Shown here in pieces: positions 9,928-19,946 of a stretch of DNA of 64,000 bases. The translations under genes and the position numbers were made by a program. Origin of the DNA: Porticoccaceae bacterium (lineage in GTDB: Bacteria > Pseudomonadota > Gammaproteobacteria > Pseudomonadales > Porticoccaceae); the NCBI GenBank assembly GCA_029246925.1, contig JAQWMF010000014.1, forward strand, positions 242-64,241. Reading direction: 5' to 3'. The first letter of the stretch is position 1; the number at the start of each line of letters is the position of its first letter. Below the pieces are notes generated by a model. That model did no database searches. It saw only the letters and a program-made list of their open reading frames with translations, and was not told where the DNA came from.

Positions 9928-10623
9928 ATGGCCAATCATGTGCTTTTAGATAATATTAATCATAAAGATCTAAAAATAATGACCAAAAGATCCGCAAGTC
10001 TAGGGGATAATATTCCCTCCCTTGTGACATTTCCTTTTGAGTACAGGGATATCCAAACAAATTTCCCTATCTGTTTTTGCAAGGATTCAGAAACCGGTAA
10101 ATTTTATACTGCCGCTTTGTTTGGTTTTGAAGAAAACGAAAATCTTTTTTTAGATGGGGATAACTGGGATGCAGCCTATACCCCCTTAATGCTAGAGCGT
10201 CAGCCTTTCTTTATTGGAAATCAGCAGAAGCAAAATGGTGAAGAGGAGCGGCTTATATATATTGATATGGATAGCCCCAGAGTTGGCTCAACCGATGGCG
10301 AGGCATTATTTCTTGAACAGGGTGGAGTCACTAATTATTTGCAAAGAATGAGTGCTATTCTAGAAGCCATTCATCAGGGGCAGCAGCAAGCCAAAGAATT
10401 CGTTGAATTAATGCTAAAGCATAATCTTAAGGTTGAATTAAACGATGGTACAAATAATCAGTTGCAGGGTTTTTACACCATTAATGAAGACGCACTTGAT
10501 GCACTTTCTTCAGAAGCAGTCTCTGAGTTATGGGCAAGTGGTTATATGCAGGCGGCCTATATGGTGATTGCCTCAATGTCTAATTTTAGATCCCTAATTG
10601 AGCGAAAAAACAAACGTTTATGA
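9928..10623 (+). CDS. SapC-family protein (TBDR-associated, function unknown; not the SapC ABC permease)
   Basis: FPFEYRDIQTNFPICF, ALFGFEENENLFL, W.AAY.P.MLERQPF.IG, IDMDSPR, L.GFYTINE motifs; paralog of 35944-36660. Confidence 0.85.
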   Translation: MANHVLLDNINHKDLKIMTKRSASLGDNIPSLVTFPFEYRDIQTNFPICFCKDSETGKFYTAALFGFEENENLFLDGDNWDAAYTPLMLERQPFFIGNQQKQNGEEERLIYIDMDSPRVGSTDGEALFLEQGGVTNYLQRMSAILEAIHQGQQQAKEFVELMLKHNLKVELNDGTNNQLQGFYTINEDALDALSSEAVSELWASGYMQAAYMVIASMSNFRSLIERKNKRL

Positions 10624-11633
10624 TTTCCATTAATAAGCCAATTAAAGACATTAAATGCGCTGATCAAGGGCGAGTTCCCGATGAGGTTTATGCTTCCGTG
10701 GAGCCAGTAGTTATTCGCGGGCTAGTTGCCGATTGGCCATTAGTGAAAATGGGGCAAAAATCCTTCCGTGATGCAGGAGATTATCTTAAAGGTTTTTATC
10801 AAAATCTCCCTGTTGCGGCGTCAATTGGTGACCCCGATATAGATGGCAGAATTTTTTATAATGAAGATTTTTCTGGATTTAATTTTCGCTCAGTTAAAGC
10901 AGATCTTCACCAGTTATTAGACAAGATATATCAATCTGCTGATGATCAGAATCCTGAAACTGTCTATATGGCGTCTACCATGGTTGATCGCTGGTTTCCC
11001 AAATTTCGGGATAAGCACAGACTGTCGATTGACCCAAATAATCCCCTAGTCAGTATTTGGCTGGGTAATCGCACGCGCATTGCTGCGCATTATGATCTGC
11101 CAGATAATATTGCCTGTTGCGCAGTTGGTCGCCGTCGATTTACTCTTTTCCCGCCAGATCAGTTAGCTAATTTATACCCAGGTCCAATTGATTGGGCGCC
11201 GGGCGGTCAGTCAATCAGCCTAGTGGATTTTGAAAATCCCGATTTTGAGAAATTTCCAAACTTTCAAAAAGCGCTTGAATCTGCTCAGACTGCTACTTTA
11301 GAACCGGGTGATGGATTATTTATTCCCAGTATGTGGTGGCATCATGTTGAGGGATTGGATCCTCTAAATATACTGATTAATTACTGGTGGCGGCAATCGC
11401 CAAGCTATATGGATAGTCCGGCAAATGTATTAATGTATGGTCTTATGAGTATTCGTGACTTGCCTGCAGAGCAAAAACAGGCTTGGCGAGATATTTTTGA
11501 TTATTATATTTTTGATGCTGATTCGGATGCTCATAGCCATATCCCCGAGCAAGCAAAAGGTTCATTGGGATCAATTGATGAAAACTTAAATAGAAAAATA
11601 AGATCACTGTTAATGAAAAAAATTAATCGATAG
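10620..11633 (+). CDS. Cupin_8 / JmjC-like Fe(II)/2-oxoglutarate oxygenase (Pass1-related)
   Basis: HYD...H metal triad (AHYDLPDN; WWHHV), GRRRFTLFPP, LEPGDGLFIPSMWW; ATGA overlap with the SapC stop. Confidence 0.85.
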   Translation: MISINKPIKDIKCADQGRVPDEVYASVEPVVIRGLVADWPLVKMGQKSFRDAGDYLKGFYQNLPVAASIGDPDIDGRIFYNEDFSGFNFRSVKADLHQLLDKIYQSADDQNPETVYMASTMVDRWFPKFRDKHRLSIDPNNPLVSIWLGNRTRIAAHYDLPDNIACCAVGRRRFTLFPPDQLANLYPGPIDWAPGGQSISLVDFENPDFEKFPNFQKALESAQTATLEPGDGLFIPSMWWHHVEGLDPLNILINYWWRQSPSYMDSPANVLMYGLMSIRDLPAEQKQAWRDIFDYYIFDADSDAHSHIPEQAKGSLGSIDENLNRKIRSLLMKKINR

Positions 11634-11766
11634 TAATTTTTCCGTATTTTCCATTTTTACCAGCCCATTATGAAATTGGGCGGGTAACTTCTGCCTGCAA
11701 ACATTCTTTTTAGTTACCCATCTACTGATTACAGGTAAAAAAAAAGATATGAATCTAAAAAAATTG

Positions 11767-11788
11767 GTTCGAATACGTTACTAGGACG
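11767..11788. promoter_or_regulatory. Degenerate third copy of the operator (GTTCGA-N9-TAGGACG)
   Basis: Same half-sites and 9-nt spacer as the 4046 site; about 100 bp upstream of the GH5 gene. Confidence 0.45.
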
Positions 11789-11886
11789 ATTCCTAGTATG
11801 AAAATTTATACATTAGAATTAAATTTCCATAGATATTTATTTAAAAATGCGATGCTATCGTGACCAATAATTAGAAAGGTAACCCA

Positions 11887-14800
11887 ATGCAAATCAACAG
11901 TCCAAATTACGCTCTTAGCTCGGTAAGTCCCTTGAAGGCTTGCGCGCTATGCTTTTTACTATTATTTATTGTCAGCTGTGGTGTTGAAACTGGCAATGAA
12001 TTTCTGGATGCTCCAGAAAATATAGTAGATACCAGTAATCAGGACTCAAATGCCTATAAGCCACTAGGAGAAATTCCTGATGTGTCACTGGCAGATATCA
12101 CTGTTCGTGGGCGACCTTATATAGATAAGTCTCTAGGTTATAACGTCATCCGTTCTGATATGGGTACCTTGCTTCGAGGTGTCAGCCTATCGACAGATGG
12201 TGGCGATCCCTATAACGCGGCAAATGCAATGAATCCGCCTATGCCAACCCTACAGCAGTTGCAGGATATGGTGAATAATTATGGTTTCAATACCCTGCAT
12301 GTATATCTGGAGGGCGATGCAGCACAAAACCCCAATCCAGCAGGTATTAATGAAGCTCTAGCGGATCACTTAGTTGAAATCACCCGTGAAGCCAAAATGT
12401 ACCTCATTATCACCATCGGTAATAACGGCGAAAATGGGGCGATTCACAGTATGGAAAAAGTATTGGCGTTTTGGGATCTCTATGGCGCCAAATATAAAGA
12501 TGAAACCCATGTTATCTATGAAGCACACAATGAGCCGGTAGTTGGTTCAAATGCTTATTGGACGACAGAAGACTGGGAAAAGCAGGCTCAGATGTATCAA
12601 AAAATTCGGGAAGTGGCGCCTGATACCATGGTTTTATTGGGATCCTTTATGTCATTTTTTGGTGGTTCTCAAGCCATTAAAGGCGCTGATGGTTTGGCTG
12701 AGCAGTTCCCTGATATTTGGAAAAATGCCGGATTCGCATTCCACGCCTATTGGAATCTCCCTCAGGTTGAAAGCACTATTGAAGCCTTTGAAGCAAGTGA
12801 TGACTATCCAGCATTGCTATGTACAGAATTTTGGCCTGGTGATACCAAAAATGGCTATAACGAAGTATTCGAAAGTCATCAAATTGGCTGGACTCAATTT
12901 GAATGGCTAGGTGCCAATGATCTTGAATTAGATCGCATTAAAAACTATATGGATACCTATGGTACGGCATGGCGTCCAGACAACCCTACGACTACCTGGC
13001 CAGCAAGCGGTACACCCAATATACCTATAGACCAAAAAATTGGTTTGTATAGTCGTGCCGATAAAGCGTTTCTTGGACTTGATGATAATGACAGAGTTGT
13101 AGCTGGTGATCGTAGCTATGATGGCGTGGGTTCGGATGAATTTATTGTGGTAGATGCCGGTGATGACGGGCATATCGCATTGCTAGCCGATAATGGTAGA
13201 TATTTATCTGTCAGCGACTATGGGCAACCCCTAGTGGCCACCGCTAGAAAAATCGGGGTTAATCAAAAATTCAAATGGTTGGAGTTGCCCACTGGTGATA
13301 TAGCGCTTCGCCCATGGTCAGGATCAGGCCACTTAATTGGAACCATTCCCTCTGCTGATGGCGATGGGTTCGGTCTAACGGGCTCAATGGGTGCCGGTAT
13401 TAAACGCGGAGGTGCAAACACATACCGCATGGTGACCAGTTACACTGATTCTGTTGATCCATTACCAGAGCTACCAGAGACTCCCCCTGGTCCATTTTTC
13501 GGAAGTCCAATGCCAGTGCCAACTAGCGGCAATGGCGACCACCCTCTAGACAGTTTGGCACCTAACGGTCGCCTTTGGGCTTCTGATTATGATAATGGCG
13601 GTGAAGGAATATCCTATCATGACACCGGTGCAGTCAATCTCGGTGAGGCCTATCGTGCGTCTGAAGCGGTTGATGTTCAGTCCAGCTCAGAAGGCCATAC
13701 CTCTGTGGGATTCTTTGAACCAGACGAATGGCTTGAATACAGTATAGATGTGGCTCAGGCTGGAAATTATACCCTGACTCTGCGAACGGCATCATGGGGT
13801 GGTGGCTTTATTAGTCTAGAGTCTGACTGTGAAAAACTAACGGGAAATCTCTCAACACCAGATACAACGAGTTGGGATATTTGGCAAGATATGACGGTTG
13901 ATATCACTTTGAAAGCCGGTGTGCAAAAGCTCAGAGTAGTCAGTGGCGGCAATATGAACTTTATGAATATGGATATTCAGTTGGGCGGTGAAGGCGGTTC
14001 TGACTATGGTGCTGGTTGTGAGTGGGTTGCACCAGAGCCAGATGATTTAAAAGTCGAAGCAGAGGATTGGACTACCGTAGTAGCTGCACCAGCAGGTACG
14101 GTCAGTATAGATACGGCTTCTGATAGCGATTTAAGTCAGCATGTGGGTAATTTTGATGCCGGTGACTTTATTGAATATGCCGTAGAGTTACCAAGTACAG
14201 CCTGTTATCGCGCGGAATATCGTGTCGCTAGTGATTCAGGCAGTGATGGTTTTGAGCTTATATTTGACGGTGAAACTGCAGATAGCTTCAAAATAGCGCC
14301 AACCGGTGGTTGGTCAAGCTGGGTTACATTCACTCGACACTATGAGCTTAACGAAGGCAGTCAAACCCTAAGACTCGAAGCTTTGGGCGATTCCTTCAAT
14401 ATTAACTGGCTAACATTTAATGAAACTGAAGCGGTTGATTGTGAGCAAAGCGCCGCAATTATCATTGAAGCTGAAACCTATTCAAATTCGGTTCAGCTTC
14501 CCGATGGAGAAGTGAACACACAGCCTAGTGAAGATGAAGGTGGCGGTCTAAATGTGGGTTGGATTGATGCTGGTGACTGGATGGAGTATGAACTACAGGT
14601 TAGTGAAGCGAGTAACTACACAGTGAGTTACCGCATGGCCAGCCAGTCAGGCAGTAGCTCAGGTATTAATCTTCTTACAGATGGCAACCTAGTTGATTCG
14701 ATTCAGGTGCCAAACACCGGTGGTTGGCAGATTTGGCAAACTGTCGAAGGTGGAAATATTTCTCTAGAAGCGGGTGATTATGTGCTTCGATTTGAAGCGC

Positions 14801-16818
14801 CAGGAGGAGGTCTTAACCTTAATTGGATTAAGTTGATGCCAACGAATGAAACAGCTACTGGCAATTTAGGTACAGGAGTCGATGACAGCCTAAATGTTGG
14901 TGAAGTGATTAACTTTAATGATCTGTATGTGGATTATGACTTAATCGATCTAGGTGATAGTTTATCTAACCTAGAAGCTGACCCATCGGATAATACCAAT
15001 ACCGTTGTCTCTATCCTTAAAGGTGCTGTTGCACAATCTGGGGTTAAGATTGCCAGCGCTCAGGTTACATACCCATTGAGTGAGACTCTAACTAGATTAT
15101 CGATGCGCGCGTATAGCTCAGCTATTGGCACCTCAGTGCGTATGAAACTAGAAGATTCAACCAACAGTGCTAATTCTGTTGAGGCTGAAGCCTTAACCAC
15201 GGTAGCTAATGAATGGGAAATATTAATCTTTGACTTTAGTAACCCAGTCGATGGCACAGCTGAATTAAACACAGGCTATAATTTTGATACAGTTTCAGTA
15301 TTCTTTAATTACTTAAGTGCGGGTAATGGAGAAACTTACTATTTTGACGACATAACCATGCTAGACGAAGTGGTTGAGCCTATAACTTTGACGCAAGAAA
15401 TACTGGTTGGTGAATGGAAATTAGCCCCAGAAGCTGGTTCCGCTGGTGTGGGTTGGGAATCTGGCAATCTAGGCTGGTGGCAGGTTGATGCAGCTACCGT
15501 TATCGATAGAGATTGCTTGTTTGATGATCTATTTGTATTTTCTGAAGATGGGACGTTCACTAACCAAATGGGTGGTTCAACTTGGATTGAACCATGGCAA
15601 GGTGTAGATCCTGAGGCCTGTGGCACACCAGTTGCGCCTCACGATGGTAGTGGCAGTGCATCCTATGTATTAGATCCTGAAGCGGGAACCATTACATTGA
15701 CCGGTGTTGGCGCTCATCTCGGTCTGGCTAAAGTAATGAGTGGTGGCGATGAACTGGCCAGTCCAGATGATGCCCCTGAATCCATTGTTTATAAGGTAAT
15801 GGCCAGTACAGATAACAGTATAACTGTAGAAGTTGCCTATTCAGCAGGGTTCTGGACCTTTAAGTTGGTTGCATCTGACTATGTTGCTGAGGTGCAGGAA
15901 GACCCTGTTGTTGATAGCGATAACCCTCGCATTGAAGCTGAAGATTGGTCGAATGTAATTTCAGCACCAGAGGGTGAAGTAGCCACTGAAAACTCTCAGG
16001 ACACTGGTGGTGGTGAAAATGTAGGTTGGATTGACCTTGGTGACTGGATGGAATACAGCCTTAATATCAGTCAGTCAGGTAATTATCAGATGAACTACCG
16101 AGTTGCGAGTCAGAGCGGCAGTTCGCCAGGCTTTAAGATCCTATTAGATGGTACTTGGATTGATCAAATTGCAGTCACAAACACTGGCGCCTGGCAGAAT
16201 TGGGAGACAATTTCTGGCAGAGTAATCTATCTTGATCAAGGACTACACACATTGCGTCTGGAAGCTCGTTCTGGTGGTGTTAATTTAAATTGGATCGAAC
16301 TTGTAGCGACTAATGCGCAAGCTGATCCATTGCCAGAGGCAGCCCCCCCAATAACGGCCAGTGATTTAGTGGGTAATTGGAAGTTAGCCCCTGAAGCGGG
16401 TGCATTGAGCAATCCGTACTGGGCTAATGATGTAGCATCAGTAACTAGTCGAAGCTGCCTATTTGATGATCTATTTATATTTTCTAGTAATGGCGCGTTT
16501 ATCAACCAAATGGACGGTGAGACTTGGGTAGAACCATGGCAAGGGGTAGCTTCAGAGCGTTGTGGAACACCGGTTGCACCGCATAATGGCGCTGGACGTA
16601 CTGGTTATATTTTTGATGATTCAGCTATGACCATAACATTAAATGGTGCGGGTGCTCATTTAGGGATTCCCAAGGCAATTAATGGTTCGGAAATGGATTC
16701 TCCAAGCCAAACGCCAGATTCAATTGTTTATGAGGTTATTGATAGCACCGCGACAACCATGACCTTGAATATTAATGTCTCCTGGGGTGATTGGACATTT
16801 AAATTAATCAAAGATTAA
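11887..16818 (+). CDS. Multimodular GH5 glycoside hydrolase lipoprotein (GH5 + fascin-like + 4x CBM6 + CBM-like + 2x repeated domain)
   Basis: Lipobox IVSC; GH5 motifs LLRG, YEAHNEP, FHAY, CTEF, QFEW; beta-trefoil-like segment; four CBM6-type modules; internal repeat at about 15403-15870 and 16366-16815. Confidence 0.8.
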   Translation: MQINSPNYALSSVSPLKACALCFLLLFIVSCGVETGNEFLDAPENIVDTSNQDSNAYKPLGEIPDVSLADITVRGRPYIDKSLGYNVIRSDMGTLLRGVSLSTDGGDPYNAANAMNPPMPTLQQLQDMVNNYGFNTLHVYLEGDAAQNPNPAGINEALADHLVEITREAKMYLIITIGNNGENGAIHSMEKVLAFWDLYGAKYKDETHVIYEAHNEPVVGSNAYWTTEDWEKQAQMYQKIREVAPDTMVLLGSFMSFFGGSQAIKGADGLAEQFPDIWKNAGFAFHAYWNLPQVESTIEAFEASDDYPALLCTEFWPGDTKNGYNEVFESHQIGWTQFEWLGANDLELDRIKNYMDTYGTAWRPDNPTTTWPASGTPNIPIDQKIGLYSRADKAFLGLDDNDRVVAGDRSYDGVGSDEFIVVDAGDDGHIALLADNGRYLSVSDYGQPLVATARKIGVNQKFKWLELPTGDIALRPWSGSGHLIGTIPSADGDGFGLTGSMGAGIKRGGANTYRMVTSYTDSVDPLPELPETPPGPFFGSPMPVPTSGNGDHPLDSLAPNGRLWASDYDNGGEGISYHDTGAVNLGEAYRASEAVDVQSSSEGHTSVGFFEPDEWLEYSIDVAQAGNYTLTLRTASWGGGFISLESDCEKLTGNLSTPDTTSWDIWQDMTVDITLKAGVQKLRVVSGGNMNFMNMDIQLGGEGGSDYGAGCEWVAPEPDDLKVEAEDWTTVVAAPAGTVSIDTASDSDLSQHVGNFDAGDFIEYAVELPSTACYRAEYRVASDSGSDGFELIFDGETADSFKIAPTGGWSSWVTFTRHYELNEGSQTLRLEALGDSFNINWLTFNETEAVDCEQSAAIIIEAETYSNSVQLPDGEVNTQPSEDEGGGLNVGWIDAGDWMEYELQVSEASNYTVSYRMASQSGSSSGINLLTDGNLVDSIQVPNTGGWQIWQTVEGGNISLEAGDYVLRFEAPGGGLNLNWIKLMPTNETATGNLGTGVDDSLNVGEVINFNDLYVDYDLIDLGDSLSNLEADPSDNTNTVVSILKGAVAQSGVKIASAQVTYPLSETLTRLSMRAYSSAIGTSVRMKLEDSTNSANSVEAEALTTVANEWEILIFDFSNPVDGTAELNTGYNFDTVSVFFNYLSAGNGETYYFDDITMLDEVVEPITLTQEILVGEWKLAPEAGSAGVGWESGNLGWWQVDAATVIDRDCLFDDLFVFSEDGTFTNQMGGSTWIEPWQGVDPEACGTPVAPHDGSGSASYVLDPEAGTITLTGVGAHLGLAKVMSGGDELASPDDAPESIVYKVMASTDNSITVEVAYSAGFWTFKLVASDYVAEVQEDPVVDSDNPRIEAEDWSNVISAPEGEVATENSQDTGGGENVGWIDLGDWMEYSLNISQSGNYQMNYRVASQSGSSPGFKILLDGTWIDQIAVTNTGAWQNWETISGRVIYLDQGLHTLRLEARSGGVNLNWIELVATNAQADPLPEAAPPITASDLVGNWKLAPEAGALSNPYWANDVASVTSRSCLFDDLFIFSSNGAFINQMDGETWVEPWQGVASERCGTPVAPHNGAGRTGYIFDDSAMTITLNGAGAHLGIPKAINGSEMDSPSQTPDSIVYEVIDSTATTMTLNINVSWGDWTFKLIKD

Positions 16819-16832
16819 TGATCTAAAAGAAC

Positions 16833-16862
16833 AAAAAAAGGGCCCCTACAGGGCCCTTTTTT
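16833..16862. terminator. Bidirectional Rho-independent terminator
   Basis: A7-gggccc-ctaca-gggccc-T6. Confidence 0.85.
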
Positions 16863-16875
16863 GTATCACTTAATT

Positions 16876-17433
16876 TTAAGGCATTATCTTAGTAAAAGAT
16901 TTAAAGCCATCTTGTATTTGAATAAACCATTGAGGGACTGAAGGCCCGTCACCCGCTTTTTTAATTCTCGGATGTTTTTTGACCCTATCAACCAACAGCT
17001 GGTCATTTTTAGGTTCAATATCAACAAAAAAGATATGTTTCCCGTTTTTAAGGGCCTTTTCGAAGCGGGCAAAACGGTTATTTTTGCGTTGTATGCCAAT
17101 AAATCCAAATTCCCAGGTGAAGAATCCAATCATTACTATTGATAAGAAAATAAACGGAACCCATGTAGCCTGTTGTGCCCAGCCTGTTAGTGTGACAGCG
17201 TAGAGCATCAATGTAGCGGCAATAACACCAACAACTGCACCTATCTTTGTGCTGTGAACAACATCTGTACGAAGGACCGCTTCAACCTCGTTGAGGTTTG
17301 GATGTGCTGCAACTTCAGCATCGTCCAGACTCAGTACATGGGAGTGGGCGGCGGATATGCCTGCAGTTTCAAGTTCTACTTCAAGTAATTCGAGATCATT
17401 AAGATTATTGCTGATATAAAAGTGTCTATTCAT
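16876..17433 (-). CDS. Conserved hypothetical 2-TM membrane protein (family often labelled 'NAD/FAD-utilizing enzyme')
   Basis: RHFYISNNLNDLE, two TM helices, FTWEFGFIGIQ, GKHIFFVD. Confidence 0.7.
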   Translation of the reverse strand: MNRHFYISNNLNDLELLEVELETAGISAAHSHVLSLDDAEVAAHPNLNEVEAVLRTDVVHSTKIGAVVGVIAATLMLYAVTLTGWAQQATWVPFIFLSIVMIGFFTWEFGFIGIQRKNNRFARFEKALKNGKHIFFVDIEPKNDQLLVDRVKKHPRIKKAGDGPSVPQWFIQIQDGFKSFTKIMP

Positions 17434-17700
17434 AGTAATACCCTTAAACCTTTTTCATTATTTGTATTGTCTAAGTCGCAATTTTCCGATTCAGTTAAAT
17501 TTTCATACGACAATAATTTGAAAGAGGATTAATTCTAAAAAAATGACCAGTTAACCCCTAAACAAACCCAAGACCTTTATATTAAGTGTAGTCTAGGGTG
17601 AAGAGGCTTTTCTGATTAAGGGATTTTATAACAAAGATATTTGACGACCATCCATAGTAATCAAAGGTATTTAAGGATAGGTGATAATCAGAGGATGAAA

Positions 17701-18612
17701 TTAACTCTGCATTACCAGCTTGGGTGTTCTATCTGCTTTATAGATGCCCCAGTGTTTTTCTGGTTCTAGTGGATCGGGCGAGCCTTTCCAGTTTTCATCA
17801 AAGGCTTCAAAGAAATAAACCAGTACCTGTTGTTCCTGAGCCCAGTTCATAAGTTGGTGAAAATACTGCTGTTGAAAATTTTCATTAACATTATGGCTTT
17901 CAATGCCACGTCCGTTTGAATTCGTCGCCCAGCCAGCTTCAGTAATAATAATCTGTTTGTCAGGGTGGGCGTCTTGGACTGCTTGAAAATTAGCAATAGT
18001 GTAGGCCAAACCCTCATCAATGCTTTTGAACTCCCATACTGGATAGGTATGGATGGAAATAACGTCAAGCTGCTCTGCAAGTGGTCTGAGATGTTCTAGC
18101 CAAGGAACGTAATTTTCACAAAAAGTTACTGGCTGTAATACCTGTGATTTGGTGCGCTGAGCATAATCAATTAGATTTTCCGTGGGTACTAAGTGATCGG
18201 TCCAGCTAACTGCGGCCTCATTGCCTATAGAGACTGAGCTAATAATGGTTGGATACTTATTAGCCAGTTCAATTAATTCTTCAATTTGTTTTTCATTATG
18301 ATGCTTATTGCTGCGTAATTCTTCTTCAGAGTAAAGGCCGCCCCAAGGACAATTTTCATTGCAAACCTCAGCAGTAATATAGGCGCCAAGCATTACATCA
18401 AATGGCAGTTGCTCATTCTCAATAACATGCAAAATGGTTTTTGAATGTTGATCGCTACCGTAGAGTCGTAATGATTTCCAATCATCTTTAAGGATCAATA
18501 GGTCTTGCTTGACTTGATCATAGGATGGAAATTCACCGCCATCTGGACTCTGTCCATCGCGATATCCCGAATAGCAAATAGCTTTTGTAAAAGGTAAGAT
18601 ATTTTTTGTCAT
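17701..18612 (-). CDS. GH17 beta-1,3-glucanase/glucosidase, no signal peptide
   Basis: ICYSGYR, IGNEA, SIHTYP, ITEAGW, YFFEAFDENWK, EKHWG. Confidence 0.88.
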   Translation of the reverse strand: MTKNILPFTKAICYSGYRDGQSPDGGEFPSYDQVKQDLLILKDDWKSLRLYGSDQHSKTILHVIENEQLPFDVMLGAYITAEVCNENCPWGGLYSEEELRSNKHHNEKQIEELIELANKYPTIISSVSIGNEAAVSWTDHLVPTENLIDYAQRTKSQVLQPVTFCENYVPWLEHLRPLAEQLDVISIHTYPVWEFKSIDEGLAYTIANFQAVQDAHPDKQIIITEAGWATNSNGRGIESHNVNENFQQQYFHQLMNWAQEQQVLVYFFEAFDENWKGSPDPLEPEKHWGIYKADRTPKLVMQS

Positions 18613-18617
18613 ATTTC

Positions 18618-19508
18618 TTATTTTGAGTATTTTAAATGTTCATTTTTGTCCCACAAACCCCAATAGGCACCAACATCACCTTCGGCACCAATTTTCCATG
18701 ATTCATCAAACGATGAAAAATAGAACATGTCTATATCTTCAGACTCTGTCCACTGCTGACTGTTCAGAAAATACCGAATGGCATTAGTTTCTGATGGCTC
18801 AGCCCCATGAAAACTTTGGCCGCGATTGGGCCAGCCAGTTTCGGTAATAATAACTTTCTTGCCACCAGCGGCCTTAATGGTTCGATTGTACATATCTTTC
18901 ATATACAGCAAAGAATATTCAATAGGACAGCCTTCCCAGAAGGGATAGCAATTAGCAAGAATGACGTCGCAAATTTCCGTGACTGCTGGGCGATCTTCGA
19001 ATTCATAGTAGGCATCAACATAGCCTACAGGTAGATTGGGAACTGCTGCCTTAACTCTGGCAATATATTCAAGTAACTGTTCTTCAGATAGGTCATCGCG
19101 ATAAAGTACTTCATTGCCGACTGCGCAAATGTCAACATAACCTTCTTTGGCTAGTTTTATCAGTCCCTCAATCTCAAGCTCATTCTTTTTAAGGTTGTCG
19201 CCAAGCCATGCTCCGACAAGCGTTTTAAGTCCCATCTCTTTTGCAACCACAGGAACAAGCTCATTACCTAAGCAGCAAGAGAACGAGCGCACCCATCCAG
19301 TATGTGGCTTTAGGGTAGCCATGCGCTCTCGAATCTGTTCAATTTCCAGTTGATCGCCAGGCTCTTGGCCTTCGCGATAGGCACTAAAACCAATACCATG
19401 AATCCCAGAATCTAAGCAGCTTTTAAAATATTCCTGCATTTGGACTTGGCTAAGCTGAGAAATATCTATACCAGTGAGGGATAGGATTTTTCCTTCTCTT
19501 TTAGACAT
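18618..19508 (-). CDS. GH17 beta-1,3-glucanase/glucosidase, no signal peptide
   Basis: GFSAY, WVRSFS, VGNEV, ANCYPFWEG, ITETGWP, FYFSSFDESWK. Confidence 0.88.
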   Translation of the reverse strand: MSKREGKILSLTGIDISQLSQVQMQEYFKSCLDSGIHGIGFSAYREGQEPGDQLEIEQIRERMATLKPHTGWVRSFSCCLGNELVPVVAKEMGLKTLVGAWLGDNLKKNELEIEGLIKLAKEGYVDICAVGNEVLYRDDLSEEQLLEYIARVKAAVPNLPVGYVDAYYEFEDRPAVTEICDVILANCYPFWEGCPIEYSLLYMKDMYNRTIKAAGGKKVIITETGWPNRGQSFHGAEPSETNAIRYFLNSQQWTESEDIDMFYFSSFDESWKIGAEGDVGAYWGLWDKNEHLKYSK

Positions 19509-19946
19509 TGATTAATAGAACCTCGGGATTTGTCTTAGTTAAACGACTAGTTTACATCAAGTGTGGTGCAATTATTAGCGCCGAATTTTTTTAAATAGGC
19601 TATTTTGTTGTTTAAATTGCCTGGGCGCAGAATCGTACTGGACAAGATAAAAAGTTACAACAAAGAAACATAATTTTACGATCTGTAAAAAGTTATTTAG
19701 CCAAAACAGGTGAAAAAAATGAATAAATTTGCCCAAATTTGCCCAATTTTCGTCAAAAAGGTCTATTTAATCGGTCGATAAACTGGCGAAATTAAAATAG
19801 TGCCCTTAGAATAGCCGCCTTTTGAGTTTTACCAATTAGCGTATATAGCATTAAAAGTCTAAACGAGACAAATGGATTTGCTAGCGGGTATCCAGTAATT
19901 AGGATCCAAGTACTTACTTTCAACGAGATAATTAGTTAGGTTTCAA

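Noticed and set aside
10402-10441. GTTGAATTAA direct repeat in SapC1 as the cause of the 18-nt gap
   Set aside because: Both copies remain and they flank rather than define the junction; likely coincidental V-E-L coding
11766-11776. GGTTCGAAT resembling a tRNA T-loop
   Set aside because: No cloverleaf, acceptor stem or CCA; better explained as the operator half-site
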